Positions 1 to 9,677 of a stretch of DNA of 64,000 nucleotides are shown here, in pieces (positions within the stretch are counted from its first letter, which is position 1; the number at the start of each line of letters is the position of its first letter). Under the pieces are notes generated by a model. The model did not search any database and was not told the DNA's origin. It saw only the letters and a list, made by a program, of their open reading frames with translations. A program made the translations under genes and the position numbers. This stretch comes from a virus, in IMG/VR virus record IMGVR_UViG_3300025133_000073, positions 1-64,000 of that record; one strand, written 5' to 3'.

Positions 1-1
1 G

Positions 2-568
2 TTCCGTGCATTCAAAGAGACTTCATTTGAAACTCTGAAGGTGGTATTCCTCGGGCTTGATCCTTATATCAATAAGGGTCAGGCTCTCGGAAGATCATTC
101 GGAATAGATATGAACAAGACGAATGGTAAAATACCACCGTCATTGAGAGTTATACATAAAGAACTTGAGAGCGATCTTGATTGTCTCAGTATCAATTTTG
201 ATTACACATTGGAAGGGTGGGCAAACCAGGGAGTGCTGATGTTGAATACAGCTCTCACAGTAGAGCATAAAGCAACAGGTTCGCATCTTCATCATTGGGA
301 TCCATTCTTAAAAGGTGTTATCGATGCTGTAAACGCAAAAGATGACAGGGTGATATTCATCCTATTGGGTAAGAAGGCTCAAGGGTACAGACAATTTCTG
401 AATCCTGATGCGACATTCACCATTGAAGCACCTCATCCTGCTGCGGAAGCCTATGCAGGCGGTAAAGCAGGGTTCTACGGTAGTAGAATATTCAGTAAAT
501 GCAACTCCATGTTGTATATGCTGACCAAAGAAGAGATCGATTGGAACATTAAAGATAAAGAATCATGA
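2..568 (+). CDS. ung: Uracil-DNA glycosylase, family 1 (5' end truncated by the window edge)
   Basis: The frame is open from base 2 (FRAFKETSFETLKVVFLGLDPY). Motifs KVVFLGLDPY (cf. GQDPY), IPPSL, WANQGVLMLNTALTV, GSH, FILLGKKAQ and APHP are all UNG family 1 hallmarks. Confidence 0.93.
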   Translation, partial: FRAFKETSFETLKVVFLGLDPYINKGQALGRSFGIDMNKTNGKIPPSLRVIHKELESDLDCLSINFDYTLEGWANQGVLMLNTALTVEHKATGSHLHHWDPFLKGVIDAVNAKDDRVIFILLGKKAQGYRQFLNPDATFTIEAPHPAAEAYAGGKAGFYGSRIFSKCNSMLYMLTKEEIDWNIKDKES

Positions 569-705
569 AAAGAGAATATTTTGAATGGTTCATATACCTG
601 TTCTTCGGTCATAAATATGTAGTTGTATACAGTAGATGGTGGGACGGAAGAATCCGAACCACATCTGATGAATGTAAATATTGTAGTAAAACCAAGAAAC
701 CATGA
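565..705 (+). CDS. 46-aa small protein, not in the ORF track (LFFGHKY...CKYC; DUF1660-like zinc-binding pattern)
   Basis: Manual translation: MKREYFEWFIYLFFGHKYVVVYSRWWDGRIRTTSDECKYCSKTKKP*. ATGA overlaps with both neighbours (565-568, 702-705), and it fills the gap exactly. Confidence 0.7.
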   Translation: MKREYFEWFIYLFFGHKYVVVYSRWWDGRIRTTSDECKYCSKTKKP

Positions 706-1037
706 CAAGAGAACAAGCAGAAGCAAGAGCGTTGGAGTTGTTTCCTGATCCAAAGATTATAGGAAAGGGTTTTACAAATGAACAACGAAGAAAAGCCTAC
801 CTCAAATGTTGGGAGGATATGCAAGAAGTCAACACCTACACGATTGAGGATATTGAAAGATGCGTGGAGAATTGGGGAATATGCAAAGTTGAGAAAGAAT
901 ATATTAAGAAATTCTTAAACAAGAAAGAGGATAAAATGTTGATAATTGATGAAGAAGCCAACCAAGACAAGGACTGGAAACGTGTCGGAGAGTTAGCAAA
1001 TGAGATAACTAAAATTGTAAGAAATGAACCTAACTAA
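702..1037 (+). CDS. Hypothetical phage protein
   Basis: 111-aa ORF translationally coupled to its neighbours, same strand as the operon. Confidence 0.7.
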   Translation: MTREQAEARALELFPDPKIIGKGFTNEQRRKAYLKCWEDMQEVNTYTIEDIERCVENWGICKVEKEYIKKFLNKKEDKMLIIDEEANQDKDWKRVGELANEITKIVRNEPN

Positions 1038-1371
1038 AAAGGCGCAAGCTAAATTTGAGAAGTGGTATGAAAAACACCCAATAAGAATCCAATCAGATAT
1101 GAATGGATTACTTGCTACGGTAGTGACATTTGAACGACTTAACCCAATGTTCCAATGGGGAGTACTTCAACTGTTCGCTGATAGTGAGGGGGTTGAATTA
1201 GAAGTCGATAGATTTTGGGATTTTGTAGATGAACAATACAAAGGGTATTCTCATTACGTTCAATGGTATTCAGTAAAAGACCCTGATGCTGAATATATCT
1301 TAGCAGAAACCCGACCCGAAGCATGGAAAGCAGCAGTTAAAAAGTTGGACGAAATAATAAACGAGCAATGA
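1024..1371 (+). CDS. Hypothetical phage protein
   Basis: 115-aa ORF overlapping the previous gene, with protein-like composition. Confidence 0.75.
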   Translation: MNLTKKAQAKFEKWYEKHPIRIQSDMNGLLATVVTFERLNPMFQWGVLQLFADSEGVELEVDRFWDFVDEQYKGYSHYVQWYSVKDPDAEYILAETRPEAWKAAVKKLDEIINEQ

Positions 1372-1451
1372 CAATACTTGGATATATAGGAATAACAATG
1401 ATGCTATTAGCAGTAGCATCAATGTGTAATAAAACTAAAAAGCGGAAATAG
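1368..1451 (+). CDS. 27-aa single-TM micro-protein, not in the ORF track
   Basis: MTILGYIGITMMLLAVASMCNKTKKRK*. ATGA overlap with the previous stop; hydrophobic helix followed by a basic tail; fills the gap to 1454. Confidence 0.55.
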   Translation: MTILGYIGITMMLLAVASMCNKTKKRK

Positions 1452-1453
1452 AT

Positions 1454-1759
1454 ATGATAATAGCAGCAGTAAGAAATGATGACTCCATAATAGGAGTAAT
1501 AGGAGTTTCCGACCATGGGTCCTTATTAAGAACATTGACCGATGCGATATCTTCTTCGTTTTCATGTGATGAGATTCACTTTAACATGAAAGCAGAGACG
1601 ATGTGGGAAAATTTGAGAGGAACAAGAAGACTTGAACTGAATATAGACATTGTCCATTCGGATGATACTACAGAATCAGTGAACATTCTTGTTACATTGA
1701 CAAAATTCTACTTAGAGCAGGAAACGCTTGATAAGAAGGTAGAAAAAACAGATCAATAA
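1454..1759 (+). CDS. Hypothetical phage protein
   Basis: 101-aa ORF in the tightly packed operon. Confidence 0.7.
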   Translation: MIIAAVRNDDSIIGVIGVSDHGSLLRTLTDAISSSFSCDEIHFNMKAETMWENLRGTRRLELNIDIVHSDDTTESVNILVTLTKFYLEQETLDKKVEKTDQ

Positions 1760-1767
1760 TTGACCAA

Positions 1768-4371
1768 ATGGAAGACGTAATATGTGTAGAGAGAGATGAA
1801 CTGACTTATTTCAAAGGGGATGAGTTAGCCGCATCAGCGTGGAGAGAGAAATACGCAAAAGAGAATGAGAGCAATCCTGACGACATGCACAGACGCATGG
1901 CAGAAGAGTTTGCAAGAATTGAAAAGAAGTATATCAAAGAGGAATATGATAGATTCGGCAACTTTACAAAAGTGATGGATCTTAGTAAATATGGTCGAAC
2001 ACGTAAGGAGTTGAGTTATAAGGCGATCTTTAGATTATTTGAAGGCTTCAGATACATCTGTCCTCAGGGTAGTATAATGTCAATGCTCGGGTCTGAGAAG
2101 ATCGCATCATTGTCAAATTGCCTTGTTGTAGGACAGCCTCACGATAGTTACGGAGGAATACTACAGAAGGATCAGGAATTAGCACAGCTTATGAAGCGTA
2201 GATGCGGTGTAGGAATAGACATTTCAACACTTCGTCCTGAAGGTACGACGGTTACAAATGCTGCAGGGTCTTCAACAGGAGCAGTCAGCTTTATGCATCG
2301 GTTCTCAAATACTACTCGTGAAGTAGCTCAGAACGGAAGAAGAGGGGCATTGATGATAACCATTGATGTACGTCATCCTGATGTGTTTGATTTTGTCAAT
2401 ATTAAGAAGGATCTCACTAAGGTTACAGGTGCTAACATCTCTGTAATGTTGAGAGATGACTTTATGGAAGCTGTCAAGAATGATGAGGATTATATTCTCA
2501 GATTTCCCTGTGATGTACCTATGCATATTGATTCAGGATGTGCTCCTGAAATAATGCCTTATGATCAATTATGCGATGGGGCATTAGGTAAATATAAACG
2601 CATCAAAGCAAAAGAGTTATATGACTCTATTGTAGAGAATGCGCATGAGAATGCAGAGCCTGGACAGATGTTCATTGATAGACATCACAATTACAGTCCT
2701 GATGGAGTATATGAGCAATATCGTGGTGTGACTACGAATCCTTGCGGAGAGATCTTCATGCAGGAGTATGATGCATGTAGACTGATGGCAATTAACCTGC
2801 TTTCCTTTGTTGACAATCCTTATACGAATGAGGCAAGTGTCGATTGGGTAAAGCTATATGAAATGAGCTATGAACAACAGAGACTTGCTGATGATCTGGT
2901 TGATCTTGAATTGGAGCATATTTCGCGGATACTTGCGAAGGTTCATTCAGACGATCAACCTGAAAGTGTTAAAGCGGCTGAGATCGCTCTTTGGGAAAAT
3001 GTGTATGATACTGCTTCTGCGGGTCGTCGCACGGGTTGCGGTATTACTGCTCTGGGTGACATGCTTGCTGCCTTGGATATTAAGTACGATAGTTCAGCAG
3101 CTATTGACTTTGTTGAGAAGATATTCAAAACAAAGATGGAGGGGGAACTCGATTGCTCAATCGATCTATCTATCCTTCGTGGTAGTTTCAAAGGATGGGA
3201 CGCAGAAGTAGAGTTTAACGATTGTACTGATGGTATGTTTACAGGTAAGAATGAGTTCTACGATCTCATAGCTCAAACGTATCCTGAAATAGCACATAGA
3301 ATGTGTGATCACGGACGTAGGAACGTCTCATGGAGCACTTCTGCTCCTACAGGGACACTTAGCTTGCTTTGTCAGACATCTTCAGGTATAGAGCCTGTAT
3401 TCGCTCTTTATTATATGAGGAGAAAGAAGTCAAATGTAGGTGACCGTGTTGATTTCACTGATGAGAACGGAGATGAGTGGACAGAATATCCTGTTCTACA
3501 TCCTCAGTTTAAAGAGTGGATAAACAAACAAGGTTATTTATTATTTGATAATTGGGAAGAACTTCAAATAATCGGTATTAAAGAAGACGATTATAAATTC
3601 TTATTTGAAAATTCACCGTGGTACGGATCATGCGCTCCTGACATTGATTGGAAGAAACGTGTGGAGTTACAGGCTGTAATACAGAAGTACACGTCACATT
3701 CTATTAGTTCAACTATAAATTTACCAGAAAATGTATCAAAAGAAACGGTTGGAGAGATCTACCAATATGCGCACGAGAAGGGACTTAAAGGAGTCACCGT
3801 ATACCGTGAAGGGAGTCGATCGGGAGTCCTTATTAGAGATGCGGAAAAGAAGGGTGATGAGTTTAAACACAATGATGCTCCGAAAAGACCGATATGCCTT
3901 CCGTGTGAAATCCACAATACTGTCTCTAAGAGCGTTAAATGGAATGTGTTTGTTGGATTATACGATGGGCAACCTTATGAGGTCTTTGCTATACCGTATG
4001 AAACTGCTCGCACGGTTGGACAGATCTGTAAACGGAAGCGTGGAGTATATGATGTGCTTGACGAAGACGGAAAGGTTGTACTTGAACATATCTCTTCTAA
4101 GATACATACGGAGACGGAGGCTGTTCTGACACGATTGTTAAGTGCATCTCTAAGACACGGGGCTGATATCACGTTCTTAGTTGAACAGTTGAATAAGACC
4201 CATGGAGATGTTACTTCATTCAGTAAAGCTGTAGCGCGTACGTTGAAGAAGTATATAAATGAGGAAAAAACAGCAGCAAGAGCAACTTGCTCAGAGTGCG
4301 GTAGTGATTCTATCGTATTTGAAGAAGGCTGTATGTCATGTAAAAATTGTGGCAGCAGCAAGTGCGGGTAA
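1768..4371 (+). CDS. nrdJ: Ribonucleoside reductase class II (adenosylcobalamin-dependent)
   Basis: SLSNC, GVGIDISTLRP, GRRGALM, TNPCGEI (thiyl-radical Cys), ACRLMAINL, APTGT, TSSGIEP, SISSTINLP, KGVTVYR, and a C-terminal CxxC...CxxC-KCG tail. No nrdB partner nearby. Confidence 0.95.
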   Translation: MEDVICVERDELTYFKGDELAASAWREKYAKENESNPDDMHRRMAEEFARIEKKYIKEEYDRFGNFTKVMDLSKYGRTRKELSYKAIFRLFEGFRYICPQGSIMSMLGSEKIASLSNCLVVGQPHDSYGGILQKDQELAQLMKRRCGVGIDISTLRPEGTTVTNAAGSSTGAVSFMHRFSNTTREVAQNGRRGALMITIDVRHPDVFDFVNIKKDLTKVTGANISVMLRDDFMEAVKNDEDYILRFPCDVPMHIDSGCAPEIMPYDQLCDGALGKYKRIKAKELYDSIVENAHENAEPGQMFIDRHHNYSPDGVYEQYRGVTTNPCGEIFMQEYDACRLMAINLLSFVDNPYTNEASVDWVKLYEMSYEQQRLADDLVDLELEHISRILAKVHSDDQPESVKAAEIALWENVYDTASAGRRTGCGITALGDMLAALDIKYDSSAAIDFVEKIFKTKMEGELDCSIDLSILRGSFKGWDAEVEFNDCTDGMFTGKNEFYDLIAQTYPEIAHRMCDHGRRNVSWSTSAPTGTLSLLCQTSSGIEPVFALYYMRRKKSNVGDRVDFTDENGDEWTEYPVLHPQFKEWINKQGYLLFDNWEELQIIGIKEDDYKFLFENSPWYGSCAPDIDWKKRVELQAVIQKYTSHSISSTINLPENVSKETVGEIYQYAHEKGLKGVTVYREGSRSGVLIRDAEKKGDEFKHNDAPKRPICLPCEIHNTVSKSVKWNVFVGLYDGQPYEVFAIPYETARTVGQICKRKRGVYDVLDEDGKVVLEHISSKIHTETEAVLTRLLSASLRHGADITFLVEQLNKTHGDVTSFSKAVARTLKKYINEEKTAARATCSECGSDSIVFEEGCMSCKNCGSSKCG

Positions 4372-4377
4372 TACAGT

Positions 4378-4496
4378 CCTGTCTGAAATGCATGCATAAA
4401 ACAGGTGATTGAATAGATACCTAAGGTCAAAGTCTGCCACCAAGTGTTAAATTCGCGGTAACGTTGCAGAGACCGATGAAGCCTTAGACCTATTCA
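4378..4496 (+). ncRNA. Candidate structured intergenic RNA (unassigned)
   Basis: Non-coding gap with nested complementary segments: CCTGT/ACAGG, TGAATAG/CTATTCA, CTAAGG/CCTTAG, TCTGC/GCAGA. No family recognised. Confidence 0.35.
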
Positions 4497-4512
4497 TGAA
4501 AATTAAAACGAA

Positions 4513-4896
4513 ATGAAAGATTATGTAGAATATATAGGAGGGGCTCCTATGACAATAAGGGATCAGATATATCCTAATGTAGGAATATGTATCACGAGAA
4601 TGCCTAATGACGAACCTCTTATTGAGTTTTGGACAAATGTCCGTAAGAAGGGAGAAGATGGAGTGATATACTTATGTAAAGTATACATGAGTCATTGTGC
4701 TCCTTGGTCAACCGAGCTTACAACAAAAGAGATGCTTAGAGTTCAAACGCAGTTTCATGCAGAGGTCTATAATGTCATCATGTTGCTGAAGCCCAGTGAC
4801 AGTATTAAAAGGTATGATGGGAACTCTATATTCAATGCTGATCTTGATCAATTGGATGAGATAGCAAGATTGCGTAAATTAAACGGTACAAAATGA
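4513..4896 (+). CDS. Hypothetical phage protein
   Basis: 127-aa ORF with an A-rich leader; ATGA-coupled to the next gene. Confidence 0.7.
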   Translation: MKDYVEYIGGAPMTIRDQIYPNVGICITRMPNDEPLIEFWTNVRKKGEDGVIYLCKVYMSHCAPWSTELTTKEMLRVQTQFHAEVYNVIMLLKPSDSIKRYDGNSIFNADLDQLDEIARLRKLNGTK

Positions 4897-5303
4897 AAGA
4901 TAGACATTGTCATTGTGGTAATAAGAAACCTATGAAGCAGTTCCTTATTAATAAGATACATCAGTGTACCGAGTGTAAATTCTGGATGAGAGAAGAACAA
5001 TTTCAGGTATGTGATGAGATAGACACTCTACTTCCGAGTGAGGCTGAGAAAGCCATATGGTTCAGTAAGACCAAAGAAGAAGCTCGTGATGAGATAATTG
5101 TCGGAAAAGGGATAAAGCAACAGATGGAGGATAAGAATGCTCCATGGTTCAGCTATGAAGACTATATGTATGAGCAGGCATCTAAGGAAATAGCTCATCG
5201 ATGGAGAGAGATGTCACAGGAAGAACGTGATCAATGGCAAGAGAAGACCATGAAGGATATACTTGAAAATCTTTCAAAGGATCCTTTGCGAGGTTTTCAA
5301 TAG
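4893..5303 (+). CDS. Hypothetical protein with N-terminal zinc-ribbon-like motif
   Basis: CHCG...CTEC at the N-terminus. Last + strand gene before the terminator. Confidence 0.7.
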   Translation: MKDRHCHCGNKKPMKQFLINKIHQCTECKFWMREEQFQVCDEIDTLLPSEAEKAIWFSKTKEEARDEIIVGKGIKQQMEDKNAPWFSYEDYMYEQASKEIAHRWREMSQEERDQWQEKTMKDILENLSKDPLRGFQ

Positions 5304-5312
5304 ACATGAAGT

Positions 5313-5336
5313 AAGGGGGCGTTTTGCCCCTTTTTT
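5313..5336. terminator. Intrinsic terminator at the convergent junction, probably bidirectional
   Basis: AAGGGGGC-GTTTT-GCCCC-TTTTTT hairpin plus T-tract between stops at 5303 (+) and 5343 (-). The U-tract is clear on + and weak on -. Confidence 0.85.
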
Positions 5337-5342
5337 ACATCA

Positions 5343-8300
5343 TTAGTATGCCGATATGAAATACTTCAATCTCATTTCTGGAGTGAAGATGTCGTTAACG
5401 TTGTCAACTACGGGAATAGCCTTTTGAACAGCTACTCCTATCTTATATCTTCCTTTGTTGATACCTGTCTTGTACGTAGGAAATATGTCTTCACCTGTCA
5501 AAGGTCCTGCTACAGGACGGACAGATCCCGCAATTCTCATGATACCGTCTATCTGATTTACAGCAGCAGCAGGTGACTTGATGATCTTCAAGGTCTCACT
5601 TGTACCTAATACAGGAATGAATACTCCAAATTCTGTAGCAAGACGATTGACCTGATAAGCAAGCATGTTAAGAGACCAGTTGTCGTCGTCATCTCCTGCA
5701 AGGGACGCAAGTATTGCTCCTGCTGAGGAAAGTACCAGATAAGAAGAGAACTCTACAAGATTCCTTCTCATATTCGCCTTCTGCATGGAGGAGAGTTTAT
5801 CCCATTGTCCCTGAGTGACACTGGCGAAAGTGTACTGATCACTTCGTAGTTCTTTGTACATCATTGTCATAAAGTGAGCAAAGGTTCTATACATCCCTTC
5901 AAACTCGCTTTCAATGCTGTAATCATAATAATGATCATCAAAACGTCTGTTGAACCATGGTATCATCCACTTACGGAATAATATGACAAGGCGTCCTGCA
6001 GCATACTGTTGCATTGCTGAACGGTCATTCACGTTATAGATACCATGCAGCCTCTGATTAATACCTTTGATACGAAGTCTCATTGCAATAATGTCCTCCT
6101 TAGTGACAGGTCTTCCATCAGGATGCGTAATGCCCTTCGATAGAACAAGTCTATTATCCTTCACTTCAAATGCTTCATAAAAAGGAATTGTATCACCATT
6201 GGCATCTTTCACTTTCATGCGATGCATAAGGGCTATTCCCAATCTTACCTGCATATGATGTTCACCAATATGATTGACAAAGAACAATGTTGAAGTATTG
6301 AACATACGACTGAATCTTGCTCGGTCAGTATTCACTTCTCTCATTCTGTTCTCATGATCCTGAAGAATATCAAAACGTTCAACAAATAACCTGAGCCTAT
6401 TACTGGAAGTAAGGTTTCCTACGTCTCCCAACAGTCCTGATATACCATCCTGATGCGACCCCCAATACTTCTTTTCAGCATATTTGAGATCATCATGATC
6501 CACAAATTCTTTAGCGAATGATTCCTGAAACATCAGAAGGTTACCTAACATGACGTTATTTATACCTGAATAGATATTCAAAGCAAGTGAGTTGAGAGAT
6601 GAGTACCTGTTAATTGCGTCTACCACTTTTGCTTTATCCAAGCTTGTACCTGCTATTTTTCCTTCATCTTTCTTTTGACGTCCGTAAAAGGTCATCTCCA
6701 CATATTTCATATATCGTGCATATGCTTCTCCTCCTTTACCTACCTTCTCATCTCTTCCGAATGTTCCTCCCCCTTTACGACCTGTCCCTATAGTTCGTTC
6801 TCTTAGAACGTCTCCTGATATTTCCACAAGATCCTGTATCTGCGAAAGATTACGGTGCCTATTGGCAGTTTCAGCAAGAAGTATCATTCCTGCACTGAAA
6901 TCCAGGGACATGTCATTGACATCCTCTATAGGTTTGAAGTTGAAGATAGGGATCTTCATGATCTCCTTATCATTCTCATCAAGTGTAACGTTCCCACGGT
7001 CATATTCATCTTCTGTTATAGTGAGCGTATCACTGGCAAACTTACTGAGTACTCTCTTTGGGTCATTTTTTAATCTCTCAATAGAATCCTTTCGGAATTG
7101 AGGAGCTATGGTGGAATTTCTATACTCGTCAGACATATGATGAAGAAGTTTCTTACGTTTTGTCATGACACCTTCGTAATATGCCTTCATTGCAGGGTTC
7201 TCCATTATCCTGTCATACTGCTTATTACCATATAATGCCTCTTTCGGAACTGCAAATTCTCTTCTGAAACTGATACCGTCATGTATTTCCACATAACGCT
7301 CATTGTACCAATCTACCCATGCTATATAAGCAGCACGTTCCCGCCTTGCAAGAGTAGGATTGTTAGCATGGATCTCTCTTATCCATGTCTTAGGATGCTT
7401 CTTTCGCATATGCTCAACAAACTCTATATCCTTGTCGAATGTTATGAATGACTTTCGGATATCCCTAAGTTTCCTCTCTCCTATTTTTGCCCAATCAGGA
7501 TTAGGATCAGTATTCTCCTCGAACCATTCTTTTATCTCAAGATTGTAATCCGCAAACTTGTTAGGGTCAGAAGATGCCATATTACTGAGCTTCTTTTCTC
7601 TGGATGCCCAGACCTTCGGATCGTCTCCTTTTACAGGCAGTCCATATTTCTTATTCAGATCATCGAAAAACTTGTTCTTCGCCTTATCATACTTGTACAT
7701 GTTATACCTTGTAACGAAGTTGCGAGTGTATTGACCATCATGTACCTCATACATGAAGTCTGTATTGGAAATACCTGCTGATAATAACTTTTCATGATGA
7801 TCAATTATATCACGGGAATCATCGTAAGTGTCAAGTTGAGCATCTTCAATGGTCTGCTTCACAAGTCTGTCCATGACCATGAGTACATCATCTTTAGAAT
7901 TTGCCATTGAGTCCATGTGACGATTCTTAGCATTCAGGTCAGAGAACGTTATACTCAATGACTCAAGATATTCTTCCATGTTCTTTTCTACCAACTTATC
8001 CTGATCAGGATGCCCTGTGTGACGTCTTACAAAATAAGGTCTCGCAGAAGCTGCCATAAGATTTTTGGAATAATCCATGTAATCTTCTTCCATAACGTTG
8101 ATGCCGTCATTGATCTCATGAATAGCATGTTTCAAAGTCTCCAGAGCAGGCAGAAGCTTCTTTGCTCCATTGGGATCGATAGGATCATTCTCTACACGAT
8201 TCATGTATGGTATGATATGCTGAGAAAGAGAATTGACAATAGGTTTGAATACGCTAATGTATTGGCTCATTTCACGAACAAGTGTTGCCATATCATTAAG

Positions 8301-9677
8301 ATTATCATCATAGACACCTGTAGAGAATTTCTCTCTTAGCTCAGGAATCCGTGATAACACCTGTTGTGCTTGACTTTCGGCATGTGCCAGGAAGTTCACA
8401 ATTCCCATTGTGGTAGCAGCAGGATGTTCAGCAATACTATCCTCAGTACCGTTAAAATAATGCTTTGCAAGCATTTTACGTACCTTTTCTTCTTTCTCAA
8501 CGAAGCCTGATTTACCTCGTCTGTCATTGTAAAGGTTGATCTTTCTTTTGATCACAGTGATCGCTTCATGAAGTTCTTCTCTGAGGTTATTCAATACCGC
8601 AGAATGCTCGAACATTGAAGGATCGATAGTAAAGAAGTGGTCAGTAGCTACCTTCTTCTGATTGTCAAAGGTCTTTTGAAGCATCCGTGAATCAGATATT
8701 GCAGCTTCCGAGATAGAATCAAGTGTAGCACGTATCTTACGTCCTTTCGCTCTATCAGATGAGCTGAACATTGCAACGAAACGAGCCCAGATACGTCTGA
8801 GTTTGCGTAACCACTTGGGAGAAGTGTCCTGTACAGCATTGATAAGGCTGTCAGACATCATCTTACCTAAGATCTCCAAGCGTACCTTGCTCTCATTGTT
8901 GTCATACTCCTTCATATACTTCTGAAAGTCTCTTTTCCACTCCTCGGTGGTATGTATATTGGCAAGAGCGTCCTTTACAATAGGGTCACCCTGTAAGGCA
9001 AATAGAATGAAGTGAGCTGTCTCCTCAGGAAGAGTATGTAGGTCTGCACTACCTTCTTTTACTGCAATTGATTTCCTGAACATATCAGCTACAGCTACAG
9101 CATTGAGGGTCTTTTTGAATTTAGATTCATAATACGATCTGTATGCCTCAAAATCCTCAAATGCAACACCCATCTGATCAAGGATGTCCTTCATCTTAGC
9201 ATCTACTTTAGGATCAGCAGGTGTATTCACAGGGTCAGAATCTTTTTGAAGGAATTCTCCTGCGTCCTTCTTACGGACATTATCAGCCTCATCATATGAA
9301 GGATATATATCACCTCCGTATTCATACTGTCCCTGTCCTATAGGTCTGACTATGGGAACATCAGGAGAGGGAGCATCATGTAATTTAAGGTACCATATCT
9401 CTCTACCTCCTTGTCCTGAGGTCTTTGCGCGATGCTTGGTAACTGCAGGATATTTCATCTTGGTATTCAACTTTGCGATACCTGTAGAAGCGGCAGCAAA
9501 CCCATGTTTTGTGATATAGTATATTCCCTTATACTTCTTTATACCTACTATCTCACGGACCATGTCTTCAACAGACTTTTCCCGTTTCTGTACTTGACCT
9601 GCAAGTGCTCCATAGTAGTTCACAAGGGATCTCTTATCCTTGAATGTCTGTCCGTTATATTTATATACGCAGCTCAT
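5343..9677 (-). CDS. Large virion cargo/ejection protein (1444 aa) with degenerate zincin-like domain and hydrophobic C-terminal region
   Basis: Last gene of the RNAP-containing cargo cluster. MSCVY start, TLPEETAH...E motif, hydrophobic segment FSSYLVLSSAGAILASLAG near the C-terminus. Confidence 0.75.
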   Translation of the reverse strand: MSCVYKYNGQTFKDKRSLVNYYGALAGQVQKREKSVEDMVREIVGIKKYKGIYYITKHGFAAASTGIAKLNTKMKYPAVTKHRAKTSGQGGREIWYLKLHDAPSPDVPIVRPIGQGQYEYGGDIYPSYDEADNVRKKDAGEFLQKDSDPVNTPADPKVDAKMKDILDQMGVAFEDFEAYRSYYESKFKKTLNAVAVADMFRKSIAVKEGSADLHTLPEETAHFILFALQGDPIVKDALANIHTTEEWKRDFQKYMKEYDNNESKVRLEILGKMMSDSLINAVQDTSPKWLRKLRRIWARFVAMFSSSDRAKGRKIRATLDSISEAAISDSRMLQKTFDNQKKVATDHFFTIDPSMFEHSAVLNNLREELHEAITVIKRKINLYNDRRGKSGFVEKEEKVRKMLAKHYFNGTEDSIAEHPAATTMGIVNFLAHAESQAQQVLSRIPELREKFSTGVYDDNLNDMATLVREMSQYISVFKPIVNSLSQHIIPYMNRVENDPIDPNGAKKLLPALETLKHAIHEINDGINVMEEDYMDYSKNLMAASARPYFVRRHTGHPDQDKLVEKNMEEYLESLSITFSDLNAKNRHMDSMANSKDDVLMVMDRLVKQTIEDAQLDTYDDSRDIIDHHEKLLSAGISNTDFMYEVHDGQYTRNFVTRYNMYKYDKAKNKFFDDLNKKYGLPVKGDDPKVWASREKKLSNMASSDPNKFADYNLEIKEWFEENTDPNPDWAKIGERKLRDIRKSFITFDKDIEFVEHMRKKHPKTWIREIHANNPTLARRERAAYIAWVDWYNERYVEIHDGISFRREFAVPKEALYGNKQYDRIMENPAMKAYYEGVMTKRKKLLHHMSDEYRNSTIAPQFRKDSIERLKNDPKRVLSKFASDTLTITEDEYDRGNVTLDENDKEIMKIPIFNFKPIEDVNDMSLDFSAGMILLAETANRHRNLSQIQDLVEISGDVLRERTIGTGRKGGGTFGRDEKVGKGGEAYARYMKYVEMTFYGRQKKDEGKIAGTSLDKAKVVDAINRYSSLNSLALNIYSGINNVMLGNLLMFQESFAKEFVDHDDLKYAEKKYWGSHQDGISGLLGDVGNLTSSNRLRLFVERFDILQDHENRMREVNTDRARFSRMFNTSTLFFVNHIGEHHMQVRLGIALMHRMKVKDANGDTIPFYEAFEVKDNRLVLSKGITHPDGRPVTKEDIIAMRLRIKGINQRLHGIYNVNDRSAMQQYAAGRLVILFRKWMIPWFNRRFDDHYYDYSIESEFEGMYRTFAHFMTMMYKELRSDQYTFASVTQGQWDKLSSMQKANMRRNLVEFSSYLVLSSAGAILASLAGDDDDNWSLNMLAYQVNRLATEFGVFIPVLGTSETLKIIKSPAAAVNQIDGIMRIAGSVRPVAGPLTGEDIFPTYKTGINKGRYKIGVAVQKAIPVVDNVNDIFTPEMRLKYFISAY

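Noticed and set aside
1768-4371. Intein or group I intron in nrdJ (also considered for terL, MCP and RNAP)
   Set aside because: Lengths and motif spacing are continuous, and no C...HN intein ends or homing-endonuclease motifs were noticed.
4372-4512. Cobalamin riboswitch or tRNA next to nrdJ
   Set aside because: It lies downstream of nrdJ, lacks recognisable B12-box motifs, and has no T-loop or cloverleaf. Kept only as an unassigned structured candidate.
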